Notes: generated by a model from the sequence alone, not told the origin. DNA of 37,490 nucleotides from Spirochaetaceae bacterium (GCA_026786145.1 JAJAYQ010000056.1:1-37490), one strand, 5' to 3'; numbered from the stretch's first letter, positions 20,426 to 30,781 are shown. Numbers and translations: made by a program.

Positions 20426-21565
20426 GTGACCGTCAGCTCCGTCGCCGTGCTCGAGCGCCCGCTCGAGGCGCTGTGGCGTGGGCTGCTGATCTACCGGTTC
20501 CTGACGCTGGTCAGTGCCGTCGCGGTGATCCTCTACCTGCTGGAGGACTACGCCACGCAGGTCGGCGCGATCCTGGTCGTCGCCGTGATGTGCGGGTGGA
20601 CCGCCGTCACCGGTTACGGCTACTTCGGAGGGCTGCCGGGGGCGCGGGACCTGCGTGGCCGCCTCGCGCTCGCCGACCTGGCCGTCACCGTGGCGATCAT
20701 GGCCACGACGCCACTGGTCCAGACCGCGGCCCAGGTCGGTGCCGATGCGCCCGTCATGGGTTCGGTCTGGACCTCCGGTCCCGTGCTCGCGCTCGCGCTC
20801 GCGGGCGGGGTGCGCGGTGGGCTCGCCGGCGCGTTGGTCGTCTCCGCGGCGTTGCTGCTGGTGCAGGCCCGCCCGGAGCGGGAGCTCGGCGACGTCCAGT
20901 TGCTGTTCCTCGCCGGCCTGACGGTCGGGTTCGCCGCCACGGTCCTGCTGCGCTCGGCCGAGCGGCTCCGCCGGGCCGTCGCCTCGCAGGCGGCCATGGC
21001 CGAACGCGACCGGCTCGCCCGCGCCGTCCACGACGGGGTGCTGCAGGTGCTCGGTTACCTGCGGCGGCGCGGCGCCGAGCTGGGCGGGGACGCCGGTGAG
21101 CTGGGCCGGCTCGCGGGGGACCAGGAGTTCGCCCTGCGCGGGTTGCTCGTCACCGGGCCCGCGCCCGTGGACGTGCACGGCCGCCATGACCTGGCCGCCG
21201 GCCTCCGCGCGCTCGGTTCCCCGCGGGTCACCGTGTCGGCGCCCGCGCACGCCGTGTACCTGCCTGCGCACGCCGTCGACGAGCTGGTGGCCGTCGTGGC
21301 GGCCGCACTCGCGAACGTGGCGGTGCACGTCGGGGTCGACGCACCGGCGTGGGTCCTGCTGGAGGACCTCGGCACCGGTGTCGAGATCAGCGTGCGTGAC
21401 GAGGGTCCGGGCATCCCCGCCGGACGGCTGGCGGACGCCGCGGCGCAGGGCCGGCTCGGCGTGACGCGCTCGATCCGCGGCCGGGTGCTCGACCTCGGCG
21501 GGGAGATCCGATGCGAGACGGGGTCCGGGGGCACCGAATGGATCATCAGGACGGAGCGGGCGTGA
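20426..21565 (+). CDS. membrane sensor histidine kinase, MacS-like (HisKA_3 type)
   Basis: Multi-TM N-terminus; ERDRLARAVHDGVLQVL H-box; ALANVAVH N-box; VRDEGPG G1; GRLGV. Confidence 0.88.
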   Translation: MTVSSVAVLERPLEALWRGLLIYRFLTLVSAVAVILYLLEDYATQVGAILVVAVMCGWTAVTGYGYFGGLPGARDLRGRLALADLAVTVAIMATTPLVQTAAQVGADAPVMGSVWTSGPVLALALAGGVRGGLAGALVVSAALLLVQARPERELGDVQLLFLAGLTVGFAATVLLRSAERLRRAVASQAAMAERDRLARAVHDGVLQVLGYLRRRGAELGGDAGELGRLAGDQEFALRGLLVTGPAPVDVHGRHDLAAGLRALGSPRVTVSAPAHAVYLPAHAVDELVAVVAAALANVAVHVGVDAPAWVLLEDLGTGVEISVRDEGPGIPAGRLADAAAQGRLGVTRSIRGRVLDLGGEIRCETGSGGTEWIIRTERA

Positions 21566-22218
21566 CGATCACGGTGATGGTGGTCGACGACCACCCGATC
21601 TGGCGCGAGGGTGTGGCGCGCGACCTCACCGAACGCGGGATCCACGTCGTCGCCACCGCGCCGGACGCCGACGCCGCCGTCCGGATCGCGGTGGCGACCC
21701 GCCCGCAGGTGGTCCTCATGGACCTGTTCCTCGGGGCGACGTCGGGCGTGCAGGCGATCGCGGGCATCCTCGCGAAGCTGCCCGCCACCCGGATCCTCGT
21801 GCTGTCGGCGAGCGGTGAACACACCGACGTCCTCGACGCGGTGAAGGCGGGCGCCATCGGTTACCTGGTGAAGTCGGCCGGGGCCGACGAGCTGCTCGCG
21901 GCCGTCCGGCGCACCGCCGAGGGGATCGCCGTGTTCACCCCGGGCCTGGCCGGTCTGGTCCTCGGCGAGTTCCGTCGGATCGCGGGGACCCCGGCCGCCG
22001 GTCCGACGCCGGCCCTGACCGAACGGGAGACCGAGGTGCTGCGGCTCGTCGCCAAGGGGCTCACGGCCCGCCGGATCGGCGAACGACTGGCCGTGTCGCA
22101 CCGGACCGTGGAGAGTCACGTGCAGAACACGCTGCGCAAGCTCCAGCTGGCCAACCGCGTCCAGCTCGTGCGGTACGCACTCGAGCAGGGTTGGGCCGAC
22201 GAGTGGGCCGACGACTGA
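21562..22218 (+). CDS. NarL/LuxR-family response regulator (MacR-like)
   Basis: VVDDHPIWR, VLMDL, VLSAS, GYLVK receiver residues; LTERETEVLRLVAKG HTH; GTGA overlap with kinase stop. Confidence 0.92.
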   Translation: MTITVMVVDDHPIWREGVARDLTERGIHVVATAPDADAAVRIAVATRPQVVLMDLFLGATSGVQAIAGILAKLPATRILVLSASGEHTDVLDAVKAGAIGYLVKSAGADELLAAVRRTAEGIAVFTPGLAGLVLGEFRRIAGTPAAGPTPALTERETEVLRLVAKGLTARRIGERLAVSHRTVESHVQNTLRKLQLANRVQLVRYALEQGWADEWADD

Positions 22219-22329
22219 TGGATGGCCGAGGAGTGGTCGGACGGTTCTGGCCACGGGCACATACGGGGTCGGTGGGTGCGCGGGGACGTCCCGGCGTGGA
22301 GGCGGGCAGGAGCGGAGGCGGAGGGGCGG

Positions 22330-22971
22330 ATGGGCGCGGTCGGGGCGGAGTCGTCGGGGGTCACGGTGGTGCTGGTGGCCGGGGACGCTGCCGGGATCGG
22401 CGACGCGCTCCCGGTGCGGGGGGTGCGGCTGTTGGGCCGCACGGACGACCCGGAGGAGGCCGTGGCGCTGGTGGCGGCGGGGCGCCCGGAGGTGGCCGTG
22501 GTCGACCTGGACACGGCCGGCGCCGGTACGCGGGCGGCCATCGGGCCGCTCGCCGTCGCGGCACCGGGCACCGCCGTGCTCGTGGTCTCCGCGGTCGCCG
22601 AACACCGCGACGTCCTCGGCGCCGTGCAGGACGGCGCCGCCGGCTACCTCGTCTGGACCGGTGGGGCGGCGCTGATCGGTGACGCCGTGCGCCGAACCGC
22701 GGCGGGTGAGGCCGTGTTCAGCCCCGGCCTGGCCGCCGTGGTCCTCGAGGCGTACGGCCGGCTCGCGGGGTCGGGACGGGTGGCGCCCACCGAGCGGGAG
22801 GCCGACGTGTTGAGGCTGGTGGTCGACGGCCTGACGGGCCGCCAGATCGCCGCCCGGCTGGTGCTCTCCCCGCGCACGGTCGAGAACCACGTCCAGCACG
22901 TCCTGCGGAAGCTGGGGCTGCCCAACCGCGCGGCACTGGTCCGCTACGCGATCGAGAACGGCCTGGCCTGA
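22330..22971 (+). CDS. second LuxR-family response regulator with degenerate receiver
   Basis: PTEREADVLRLVVDG...TVENHVQHVLRKL HTH; receiver has AGD in place of DD and GYLVW in place of GYLVK; GGAGGGG RBS before ATG 22330. Confidence 0.82.
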   Translation: MGAVGAESSGVTVVLVAGDAAGIGDALPVRGVRLLGRTDDPEEAVALVAAGRPEVAVVDLDTAGAGTRAAIGPLAVAAPGTAVLVVSAVAEHRDVLGAVQDGAAGYLVWTGGAALIGDAVRRTAAGEAVFSPGLAAVVLEAYGRLAGSGRVAPTEREADVLRLVVDGLTGRQIAARLVLSPRTVENHVQHVLRKLGLPNRAALVRYAIENGLA

Positions 22972-22991
22972 CGGCTCCGTGCGGGAGCGCC

Positions 22992-23927
22992 TCAGCCCAT
23001 GCGGGTGACGCGCCGCAGGATCTCCGCCAGAACCGTGTCCACATCTGCGTCCAGGGCCACGGCGACGGGGGTGCCCGCAGCGCCGCGGCGCCGGTCGGCG
23101 ACCGTGGCGCCGCGGGTGGGGCCGAAGTCGCACGCGACGGTCACCGGCATCGGCGTGGTGCGCAACGTGCCGGGCAGCACCGCCTCCAGCACGGCGACGG
23201 CGTCGTGGACCGCCACGGCGTCGATGTCGTGGCGAGCGCGGAAGGCCGTGCGATAGGGGGCGAGGACGGTGCCGAGCAGTCTCGACCGGGGCCCGGCGGC
23301 GTCGAGTGCGGCGAGCCAGGCATCGTCGGCGAGGCAGCGCATCGTCAGGTCCAGCGGCACCAGCGTGACGGGTACGTCGGACTGGGTCAGCACCCGTTGG
23401 GCGGCCTCGGGGTCGGCGTGGACGTTGAACTCGGCCGCGCCCGTGACGTTGCCACCCGAGAACCCGCCGCCCATGACGACGATCCGGCCGATCCGCCCGG
23501 CCAGCTCGGGATGGGCGGCGAGCAGCAGGGCGGTGTCGGTCAGCGGGCCGATCGAGGCGATCGTGACGGGCTCGGTGGCGGCCGCCAGCACGTCGGCGGT
23601 CAGCGCGAGCGCCGAGCGCGGGTCACCGGCGCCCGGTGCGGGGAAATGGGCGGTGCGGCCACCCAGGCCGTCGTCGCCGTGCCACTCGGACGCACAGGCC
23701 TCGCCCCGGTGGACGAGCGGTCGAGCCGCGCCCGCGGCGACCGGGACGTCGGGTCGGCCGGCGAGCGCGAGCACCCTGCGGGCGTTCGCGAACGTGCCGT
23801 CGAGGCCGATGTTGCCGAACGACGCCGTGACCGCCACCAGCTCCACCTCGGGGCTCTGCAGCGCGAGGAGCAGCGCGACGGCGTCGTCCACGCCGGGGTC
23901 GGTGTCGATGACCAGCGGCGTGGGCAT
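22992..23927 (-). CDS. inosine/uridine-preferring nucleoside hydrolase
   Basis: DTDPGVDD motif, HGDDGLG, GPLT, AEFNVHADPEAA, VHDA; TACGGT -10 six nt before ATG. Confidence 0.93.
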   Translation of the reverse strand: MPTPLVIDTDPGVDDAVALLLALQSPEVELVAVTASFGNIGLDGTFANARRVLALAGRPDVPVAAGAARPLVHRGEACASEWHGDDGLGGRTAHFPAPGAGDPRSALALTADVLAAATEPVTIASIGPLTDTALLLAAHPELAGRIGRIVVMGGGFSGGNVTGAAEFNVHADPEAAQRVLTQSDVPVTLVPLDLTMRCLADDAWLAALDAAGPRSRLLGTVLAPYRTAFRARHDIDAVAVHDAVAVLEAVLPGTLRTTPMPVTVACDFGPTRGATVADRRRGAAGTPVAVALDADVDTVLAEILRRVTRMG

Positions 23928-24277
23928 GGTGTGACCGTATCCGCGCGATCACTGCTCGGGTGGCGTGGTGGTGTCCCGGTCGATCGTCAGCGTGCTGACG
24001 TAGGGCGGAGGTAAGGAGGGTGCCGTCGGGCGTCATCTCGGGTGGCTCACCGTCACCGACCCACACGCGTACTGCCCGGAAGGCGTACCCGTCCTGCCCG
24101 GCGGGCTCCCACTCGAACATTCCTCAGGATGACGCACCGGGGGAGCGGGGTCACGCCGATTGCCCATGCGGCCGAGGTCCGACACCGGGCGATGATCCAT
24201 ATCGGGAACGCCGCCGTCGCCCGCTGCGGTGCCGACCCGCTCTCGGCGAGGTCGGCGAGAGCGGTGCGTGACGTGCG

Positions 24278-24412
24278 GTAGCTTCGCACGAGATGGGGTT
24301 CCGGGCGGTGACGGCGTTGTTCGACCTGATCGAGGGCACTGCGAGCGAGTCGCTCGGGCTGCCGGCCACCCAGGTCCAGCTGCGTGACTCCGTCGCACCC
24401 GCGCCGTCATGA
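24278..24412 (+). pseudogene. C-terminal remnant of a LacI-family regulator
   Basis: VASHEMGFRAVTALFDLIEG...PATQVQLRDSVAPAPS* resembles the LacI C-terminus (..EMG..AV..L...L..R.S..P); its stop overlaps the ribokinase ATG (ATGA). Confidence 0.55.
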
Positions 24413-24843
24413 CCTCGCACGATCCCGTTCGGGTGCCGGTGCGCGGTCGGGTGGGCGGACCGCCCGGGCGGGTCGTGGTCGTCGGCGCCGTGAACGTCGA
24501 CCTCGTCGTGACGGCGGACCGGCTCCCGGGCCCCGGCGAGACGGTCGTCGGGCCGGAGGTGCTGCGCTTCGGCGGAGGCAAGGGGGCCAACGCGGCCGTT
24601 GCCGCCGCCCGCGCCGGCGCCGAGGTCTCGCTGGTCGGGGCGGTGGGTGCCGACGACACCGGCGCGGAGGCCCTGGACGAGCTGCGCGCCGACGGTGTCG
24701 ACACCGGGGCGGTGGCCGTGCTCGACGGCGTGGCCACCGGCGTCGCCCTGATCGTCGTCGACGGGGTCGGGGAGAACCAGATCGCCGTCGGGGCCGGGGC
24801 GAACGCCGCCGTCACCCCCGCCGCCGTCAGCGCCGCCGTCAGC
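24409..24843 (+). pseudogene. rbsK: ribokinase (PfkB family), N-terminal half only
   Basis: VVGAVNVDL, PGPGETV, GGKGANAAVAAARAG, GAVGADD, TGVALIVVD, GENQI, GAN; similarity ends at the AAVS repeats and the C-terminal DTxGAGD signature is absent. Confidence 0.85.
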
Positions 24844-24864
24844 GCCGCCGTCAGCGCCGCCGTC
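24820..24864. repeat. 12-bp tandem repeat GCCGCCGTCAGC x3 plus partial
   Basis: Units at 24820, 24832, 24844, partial at 24856; encodes AAVS on + and ADGG on -. Confidence 0.9.
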
Positions 24865-24957
24865 CGAGCCGCTGCCTGCGCCGCCGTCGGCGGGGCCGTG
24901 ATCGTGGCCGTCACCGGGGCCGTGCTCGTGAGGGGTCTCCTGGGGTGTCGTCGTCAT
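24820..24957 (-). CDS. small His/Asp/Gly-rich DGGA-repeat protein, 3' end lost at the junction
   Basis: MTTTPQETPHEHGPGDGHDHGPADGGAGSGSDGGADGGADGGADGG; GGAGG RBS 5 nt before ATG 24957; GATT-N15-GGGTAC promoter-like motif upstream. Confidence 0.6.
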
Positions 24958-25014
24958 GTCGTCCTCCATCTGCTGGCAGGGGGGGCCGGGCAGGCGCCTG
25001 GCCCATGGTCTCCC

Positions 25015-25039
25015 GTACCCGGGCGACCAGGCGGGAATC
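25015..25039 (-). promoter_or_regulatory. candidate SigF/SigB-type promoter for the DGGA-repeat gene
   Basis: GATT-N15-GGGTAC on the minus strand just after the cbs stop. Confidence 0.45.
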
Positions 25040-25042
25040 ATG

Positions 25043-26413
<1,371 letters not shown>

Positions 26414-26504
26414 GGCGGGAAGCCTAGGCGCCCCGCCGCGGAAGACCCGGACGGGCCGGGCGGTCCGATAGGTTCCGCGTCGTGGCCAGCGCTCAGGACG
26501 TGGG

Positions 26505-27524
26505 ATGACCAGGGTGCGCGTCGCACGGCGCATCGCCATGGCCGCCGCGTACGGCGGAGGGGGCATCGGTCTGCTCTCTGCCGGGGCGTTCGGGCTGGTC
26601 AGGGCCGAGGCCGCGCTCGCCCGACGGGCGATCGGCGAGCCCTCGGGGACCGCTCCCGACGCCAACGGCGTCTACGGCGTCCACCAGCCGGGTGAGGCCC
26701 TGACACTGGCGCTGCTCGGAGACTCCAGCGCCACCGGCCTGGGCGTGGTGGTGGCGCACCAGACCCCCGGCGCCATGCTCGCAGCCGGCCTGGCCGAGCT
26801 CTCCGACCGGCCGGTCCGCCTGGTCTGCACCGCCACCGTGGGCGCCCAGAGCAGCGACCTCGTACGCCAGGCCGGAGAGGTCGAAGGGGCCAGGCCCGAC
26901 GTCGCCGTGATCATGATCGGTGCCAACGACGTGACCCATCGGGTCAAGCCCCCCACCGCCGTACGTCATCTGGACCAGGCCGTGCGGCTCCTGCTCGAGG
27001 GCGGTGCCCAGGTCGTCGTAGGCACCTGTCCCGACCTCGGCACGGTCGAGCCGGTGCCGCAGCCGCTGCGCTGGATCGCCCGGCGGGCCAGCCGGGCGCT
27101 CGCCGCGGCGCAGACGATCACCGTCGTCGAGGCGGGCGGGCGCACGGTGTCCCTCGGCGACATCCTCGGCCCCGAGTTCGCCGCCTCGCCGTCGGAGATG
27201 TTCGGGCCCGACCGCTTCCACCCGTCGGTGGCGGGGTACGCGAGCGCGGCGGCTGCCCTCCTCCCGTCGGTCTGTGCCGCGCTGGACGTGTGGATCGGGG
27301 AGGACACCGAGGCCACTCCGGACCTTCTGCGCGGCGAGGGCGTCCGACCGATCGCCCTGGCAGCCGTCGAGGCGGCCGACGAGGCCGGGACCGAGGTGGC
27401 CGGCGCACAGGTGGGTGGGCGCGACCGCGGCCCGCGCGGCCGTTGGGCCTTGCTGCGCCACCGCCCCGGCCGCAGCACCCACGAGGTGCAGGCCACCGCC
27501 GAGGAGGACGCGCCGCTGCGCTAG
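26505..27524 (+). CDS. SGNH/GDSL hydrolase (Rv1075c-like)
   Basis: LLGDSSATG block I, IGAND block III, DRFHPS block V; lies between cbs and thiolase. Confidence 0.9.
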   Translation: MTRVRVARRIAMAAAYGGGGIGLLSAGAFGLVRAEAALARRAIGEPSGTAPDANGVYGVHQPGEALTLALLGDSSATGLGVVVAHQTPGAMLAAGLAELSDRPVRLVCTATVGAQSSDLVRQAGEVEGARPDVAVIMIGANDVTHRVKPPTAVRHLDQAVRLLLEGGAQVVVGTCPDLGTVEPVPQPLRWIARRASRALAAAQTITVVEAGGRTVSLGDILGPEFAASPSEMFGPDRFHPSVAGYASAAAALLPSVCAALDVWIGEDTEATPDLLRGEGVRPIALAAVEAADEAGTEVAGAQVGGRDRGPRGRWALLRHRPGRSTHEVQATAEEDAPLR

Positions 27525-27534
27525 CGTGACGGAC

Positions 27535-28758
27535 ATGCCCGAGGCAGTGATCGTCGCGACCGGGCGGACGCCCATCGGGCGCGCCTTCAAGGGGACTCTC
27601 ACCGGCGTACGACCCGACGACCTGGTGGCCGGTGTGATCCGGGGAGTGCTCGACAAGCTGCCGTCGCTGGACCCGGCCACCCTCGACGACCTGATGATCG
27701 GCTGCGCCGAGCCCGACGGCGAGCAGGGCGTGAACCTCGCTCGCCGCGTCGCGGTGCAGCTGGGCTTCGACGGTCTCCCGGGCACCACCGTCAACCGCTT
27801 CTGCGCCTCGTCGGTGCAGACCTCCCGGATGGCCTTCCACGCCATCAAGGCCGGCGAGGGCCACGCGTTCGTCTCGGCCGGCGTCGAGTGCGTGTCGCGC
27901 TACCCCGCCTTCACCGGCGCGGGCGGCGGGCGCGAGGAGTTCGTCAACCCGCTCTTCGACGACGCCCGCGCCCGCACCGACGCGACGGCGGCGTCCAACG
28001 AGACCTGGCGCGACCCGCGTGAGGACGGCGCCCTGCCCGACGTCTACATCTCGATGGGGCAGACGGCCGAGAACCTCGCCACCTCGCACGGCGTGACGCG
28101 GGCGGAGCAGGACGAGTTCGGCGTCCGGTCGCAGAACCTGGCCGAGAAAGCGATCGCCGACGGGTTCTTCGAGCGCGAGATCCTTCCGGTGACGACACCC
28201 GACGGCACGGTTGTCTCGCGAGACGACGGCCCGCGGGCCGGGGTGACCATGGACGGCGTGGCGAGCCTGAAACCCGTCTTCCGCGAGCAGGGGACGGTCA
28301 CGGCCGGCAACTGCTGCCCGCTCAATGACGGAGCTGCCTCGGTGGTGATCATGTCCGACACCCGTGCCGCCGAGCTGGGTCTGACGCCGCTGGCCCGCAT
28401 CGTCGCGACAGGGGTGTCCGGCCTCTCCCCCGAGATCATGGGCCTGGGGCCGGTCGAGGCATCCCGCCGGGCGCTGGCGCTGGCCGGGATGACGGTCGGG
28501 GACATGGACCTGGTCGAGATCAACGAGGCGTTCGCGGCGCAGGTCATCCCCTCCTACCGCGAGCTGGGCATCGACCTCGAGCGCCTCAACGTCCACGGTG
28601 GCGCGATCGCGCTGGGCCACCCGTTCGGCTCGACCGGTGCGCGCATCACGACGACCCTGATCAACGGTCTGCAGTCCCGGGACAAGGAGTTCGGGCTGGA
28701 GACCATGTGCGTCGGCGGCGGCCAGGGCATGGCCATGGTCCTCCAGCGCCTCTCCTGA
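27535..28758 (+). CDS. acetyl-CoA C-acetyltransferase (thiolase, FadA3-like)
   Basis: RTPIG, NRFCASS, NEAFA, GHPFG, CVGGGQG motifs; TAGCGT -10 seven nt before ATG. Confidence 0.95.
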   Translation: MPEAVIVATGRTPIGRAFKGTLTGVRPDDLVAGVIRGVLDKLPSLDPATLDDLMIGCAEPDGEQGVNLARRVAVQLGFDGLPGTTVNRFCASSVQTSRMAFHAIKAGEGHAFVSAGVECVSRYPAFTGAGGGREEFVNPLFDDARARTDATAASNETWRDPREDGALPDVYISMGQTAENLATSHGVTRAEQDEFGVRSQNLAEKAIADGFFEREILPVTTPDGTVVSRDDGPRAGVTMDGVASLKPVFREQGTVTAGNCCPLNDGAASVVIMSDTRAAELGLTPLARIVATGVSGLSPEIMGLGPVEASRRALALAGMTVGDMDLVEINEAFAAQVIPSYRELGIDLERLNVHGGAIALGHPFGSTGARITTTLINGLQSRDKEFGLETMCVGGGQGMAMVLQRLS

Positions 28759-28762
28759 CCCC

Positions 28763-29173
28763 TCAGAGGAGGCGGCGGGTGGCGGCGAGGGCCCCGGTGG
28801 CGGCGCTGGCGACCTCGCGGGCCGTACGCCGGGCTCCGCGGGCCCACACGGCCGCATCGGGGTCGCACCCGGCCAGCTCGGCCAGCAGGTCCCACCCGAC
28901 CACGGCGAGCTGGTCGCCGACCGCCAGGTCCGAGAGCACCGGCAGGTCGCGCCAGCCTGGTTCGGTCGGGTCCTCCCGCGCGGCGATTCCCTGGGCGGCC
29001 TCGACCAGCTGCTGAGCCACCACGCGTACGGCGTGGGCACGGGACGGGTGCGACCCGACGGGGGCAGCGAGACGGGCCTGCGAGAGGTTGCGCGCCCGGT
29101 CGGTCACCCGGCGTACGTCGGCATCGAGGTCCTCGCGCAGCGAACCCCACTCCCGTGATGGCGTCCCGGTCAC
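28763..29173 (-). CDS. conserved hypothetical protein
   Basis: VRRVTDRARNLSQARL...P.LSDLAVGDQLAVVGWDL; TAGCGT -10 seven nt before GTG 29173. Confidence 0.7.
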   Translation of the reverse strand: MTGTPSREWGSLREDLDADVRRVTDRARNLSQARLAAPVGSHPSRAHAVRVVAQQLVEAAQGIAAREDPTEPGWRDLPVLSDLAVGDQLAVVGWDLLAELAGCDPDAAVWARGARRTAREVASAATGALAATRRLL

Positions 29174-29268
29174 GGGCGGCACGCTACCGGCGGGACGGGG
29201 GTTGTGAAGGCGCTGCCCGGTGAGGCAGGCTCGGGGGTGGACCACTGGCCGGCACCTGGAGGCGCTCG

Positions 29269-29499
29269 ATGTCCCTGAACCACTCCGAGGAAACTCACCA
29301 GCAGCTGCTCGACCGGGTGCCCCAGGCCACCGGTCGCGACCTGCCCCAGTGGTTCGAGGCACTCGAGGCCGGTCCCGGTCTGCTCCGCTTCGACGAGCGC
29401 GTCAACTGGCTGCGCGACGAGCACAGCATCTCCCACGGTCACGCGTCGGCGATCGTCCACGAGCACGACCTGCGACGCGGCGCCCGCCGCACCAGCTGA
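29269..29499 (+). CDS. DUF4287-like small protein
   Basis: SEETHQQLLDRVPQATGR..WF..L..GP...RFDERVNWLRDEHSISHGHASAIVHE; GGAGG RBS. Confidence 0.85.
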   Translation: MSLNHSEETHQQLLDRVPQATGRDLPQWFEALEAGPGLLRFDERVNWLRDEHSISHGHASAIVHEHDLRRGARRTS

Positions 29500-29513
29500 A
29501 CCTCCCGACCGCC

Positions 29514-29915
29514 ATGACGCCCGAGCAGGCGCGCGACTTCCTGCGGGTCAGCCACCGTGCGGTGCTCTCGACGCTGCGCCGCGACGGGCGACCGCAGCTG
29601 TCCCCCGTGGCGGCGGCGGTCGACGACGAGGGTCGGGTGATCGTGTCGACGCCTGAGACGACCGCCAAGGCACGCAACTTGATGCGCGACCCCCGCGTGT
29701 CTCTCTGCGCGTTCAGCGACGGCTTCTACGGCCCTTGGGCGCAGGTAGAAGGCATCGCCGAGCTCGTCGAGCGGCCCGCGGCTGTCGAGCTGCTCGTCGA
29801 CTACTACCGCCGGATCTCCGGCGAGCACCCCGACTGGGAGGACTACCGGCGCGCGATGGTCGAGGACCGCCGCGTGCTGGTGCGCTTCGCGATCGAGCGA
29901 GCCAGCGGCAGCTGA
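29514..29915 (+). CDS. PPOX-class F420-dependent oxidoreductase
   Basis: AVLSTLRRDGRPQLSPV, KARNLMRDPRVSL, GEHPDWEDYR. Confidence 0.9.
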   Translation: MTPEQARDFLRVSHRAVLSTLRRDGRPQLSPVAAAVDDEGRVIVSTPETTAKARNLMRDPRVSLCAFSDGFYGPWAQVEGIAELVERPAAVELLVDYYRRISGEHPDWEDYRRAMVEDRRVLVRFAIERASGS

Positions 29916-29945
29916 GCTGCCACTGGTCTCGCTGCCGACGCAGCC

Positions 29946-30731
29946 CTAGTCGCTGCCCCGCAAGATCGAGATCAGCCGCAGGAACTCGATGTAGAGCCAG
30001 ACCAGCGTGACGACCAGGCCGAACGCCGCGAGCCAGGAGTAGCGCTCGGGGATGCCGTTCTTGACGCCCTGCTCGGCGAAGTCGAAGTCGAGGATCAGCA
30101 TGGCCGCGGCCAGGGTGATCGCGAACAGACCGATGCCGATGCCGAGCCAGCCACCGCGCAGGTTGCTGTCGGTGAACATGACGATGCCGATGTTCACCAG
30201 GGAGAAGATCAGGTAGCCACCCATGGCGATCATGACGCCACGCTGGAACTTCGGCGTCGCCCGCACCCGGCCGCTCTTGTAGGCGAACAGCGCGACCGAG
30301 AAGACGGCCAGCGTGCCGAGGACCGCCTGAGGAACGATCCCGTTGAACGCGTCCTCGTAGAGGCGACTGATGCCCCCGACGAACAGGCCCTCGAGCCCGG
30401 CGTAGGACAGGATCAGCGCCGCATTGGTGGATTGCTTGAAGGAGATGACCAGACCGAGCACCAGGCCGACGATGGCGCCGCCGATGGTGAGCAGCGGGTT
30501 GTTCAGGAAGTAGGACACCGCGGCCACCGGCAGCAGGACGGCGAACATCAGCCCGGTCTTGATGACGACGTCGTCCATCGTCATACGCCCGGTGTCCACT
30601 GCCGTCGCCGTGGGTGCGTTGTACATGTCTTCGAGCTGCCCGGCGGTGGCAGGTGGTGCGTCGTTGAGCGTCGCGTAACCGCGCTTGCCGAACGCATCGC
30701 TGCGGTTGAAGACCGGATTTCGGCTCTGCAT
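29946..30731 (-). CDS. Bax inhibitor-1/YccA family membrane protein
   Basis: SRNPVF start, MTMDDVVIKT, YAGLEG, LILDFD, AFGLVVTLVWLYIEFLRL; about 7 TM segments. Confidence 0.92.
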   Translation of the reverse strand: MQSRNPVFNRSDAFGKRGYATLNDAPPATAGQLEDMYNAPTATAVDTGRMTMDDVVIKTGLMFAVLLPVAAVSYFLNNPLLTIGGAIVGLVLGLVISFKQSTNAALILSYAGLEGLFVGGISRLYEDAFNGIVPQAVLGTLAVFSVALFAYKSGRVRATPKFQRGVMIAMGGYLIFSLVNIGIVMFTDSNLRGGWLGIGIGLFAITLAAAMLILDFDFAEQGVKNGIPERYSWLAAFGLVVTLVWLYIEFLRLISILRGSD

Positions 30732-30781
30732 GACCGTCCCTCCATGTGCGCGGGTCCGCGCTCGTTGTTCCTACCGATAGT

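Noticed and set aside
26414-26504. SAM riboswitch upstream of cbs
   Set aside because: The region is short, cbs looks leaderless, and no SAM-I/IV core motifs are visible
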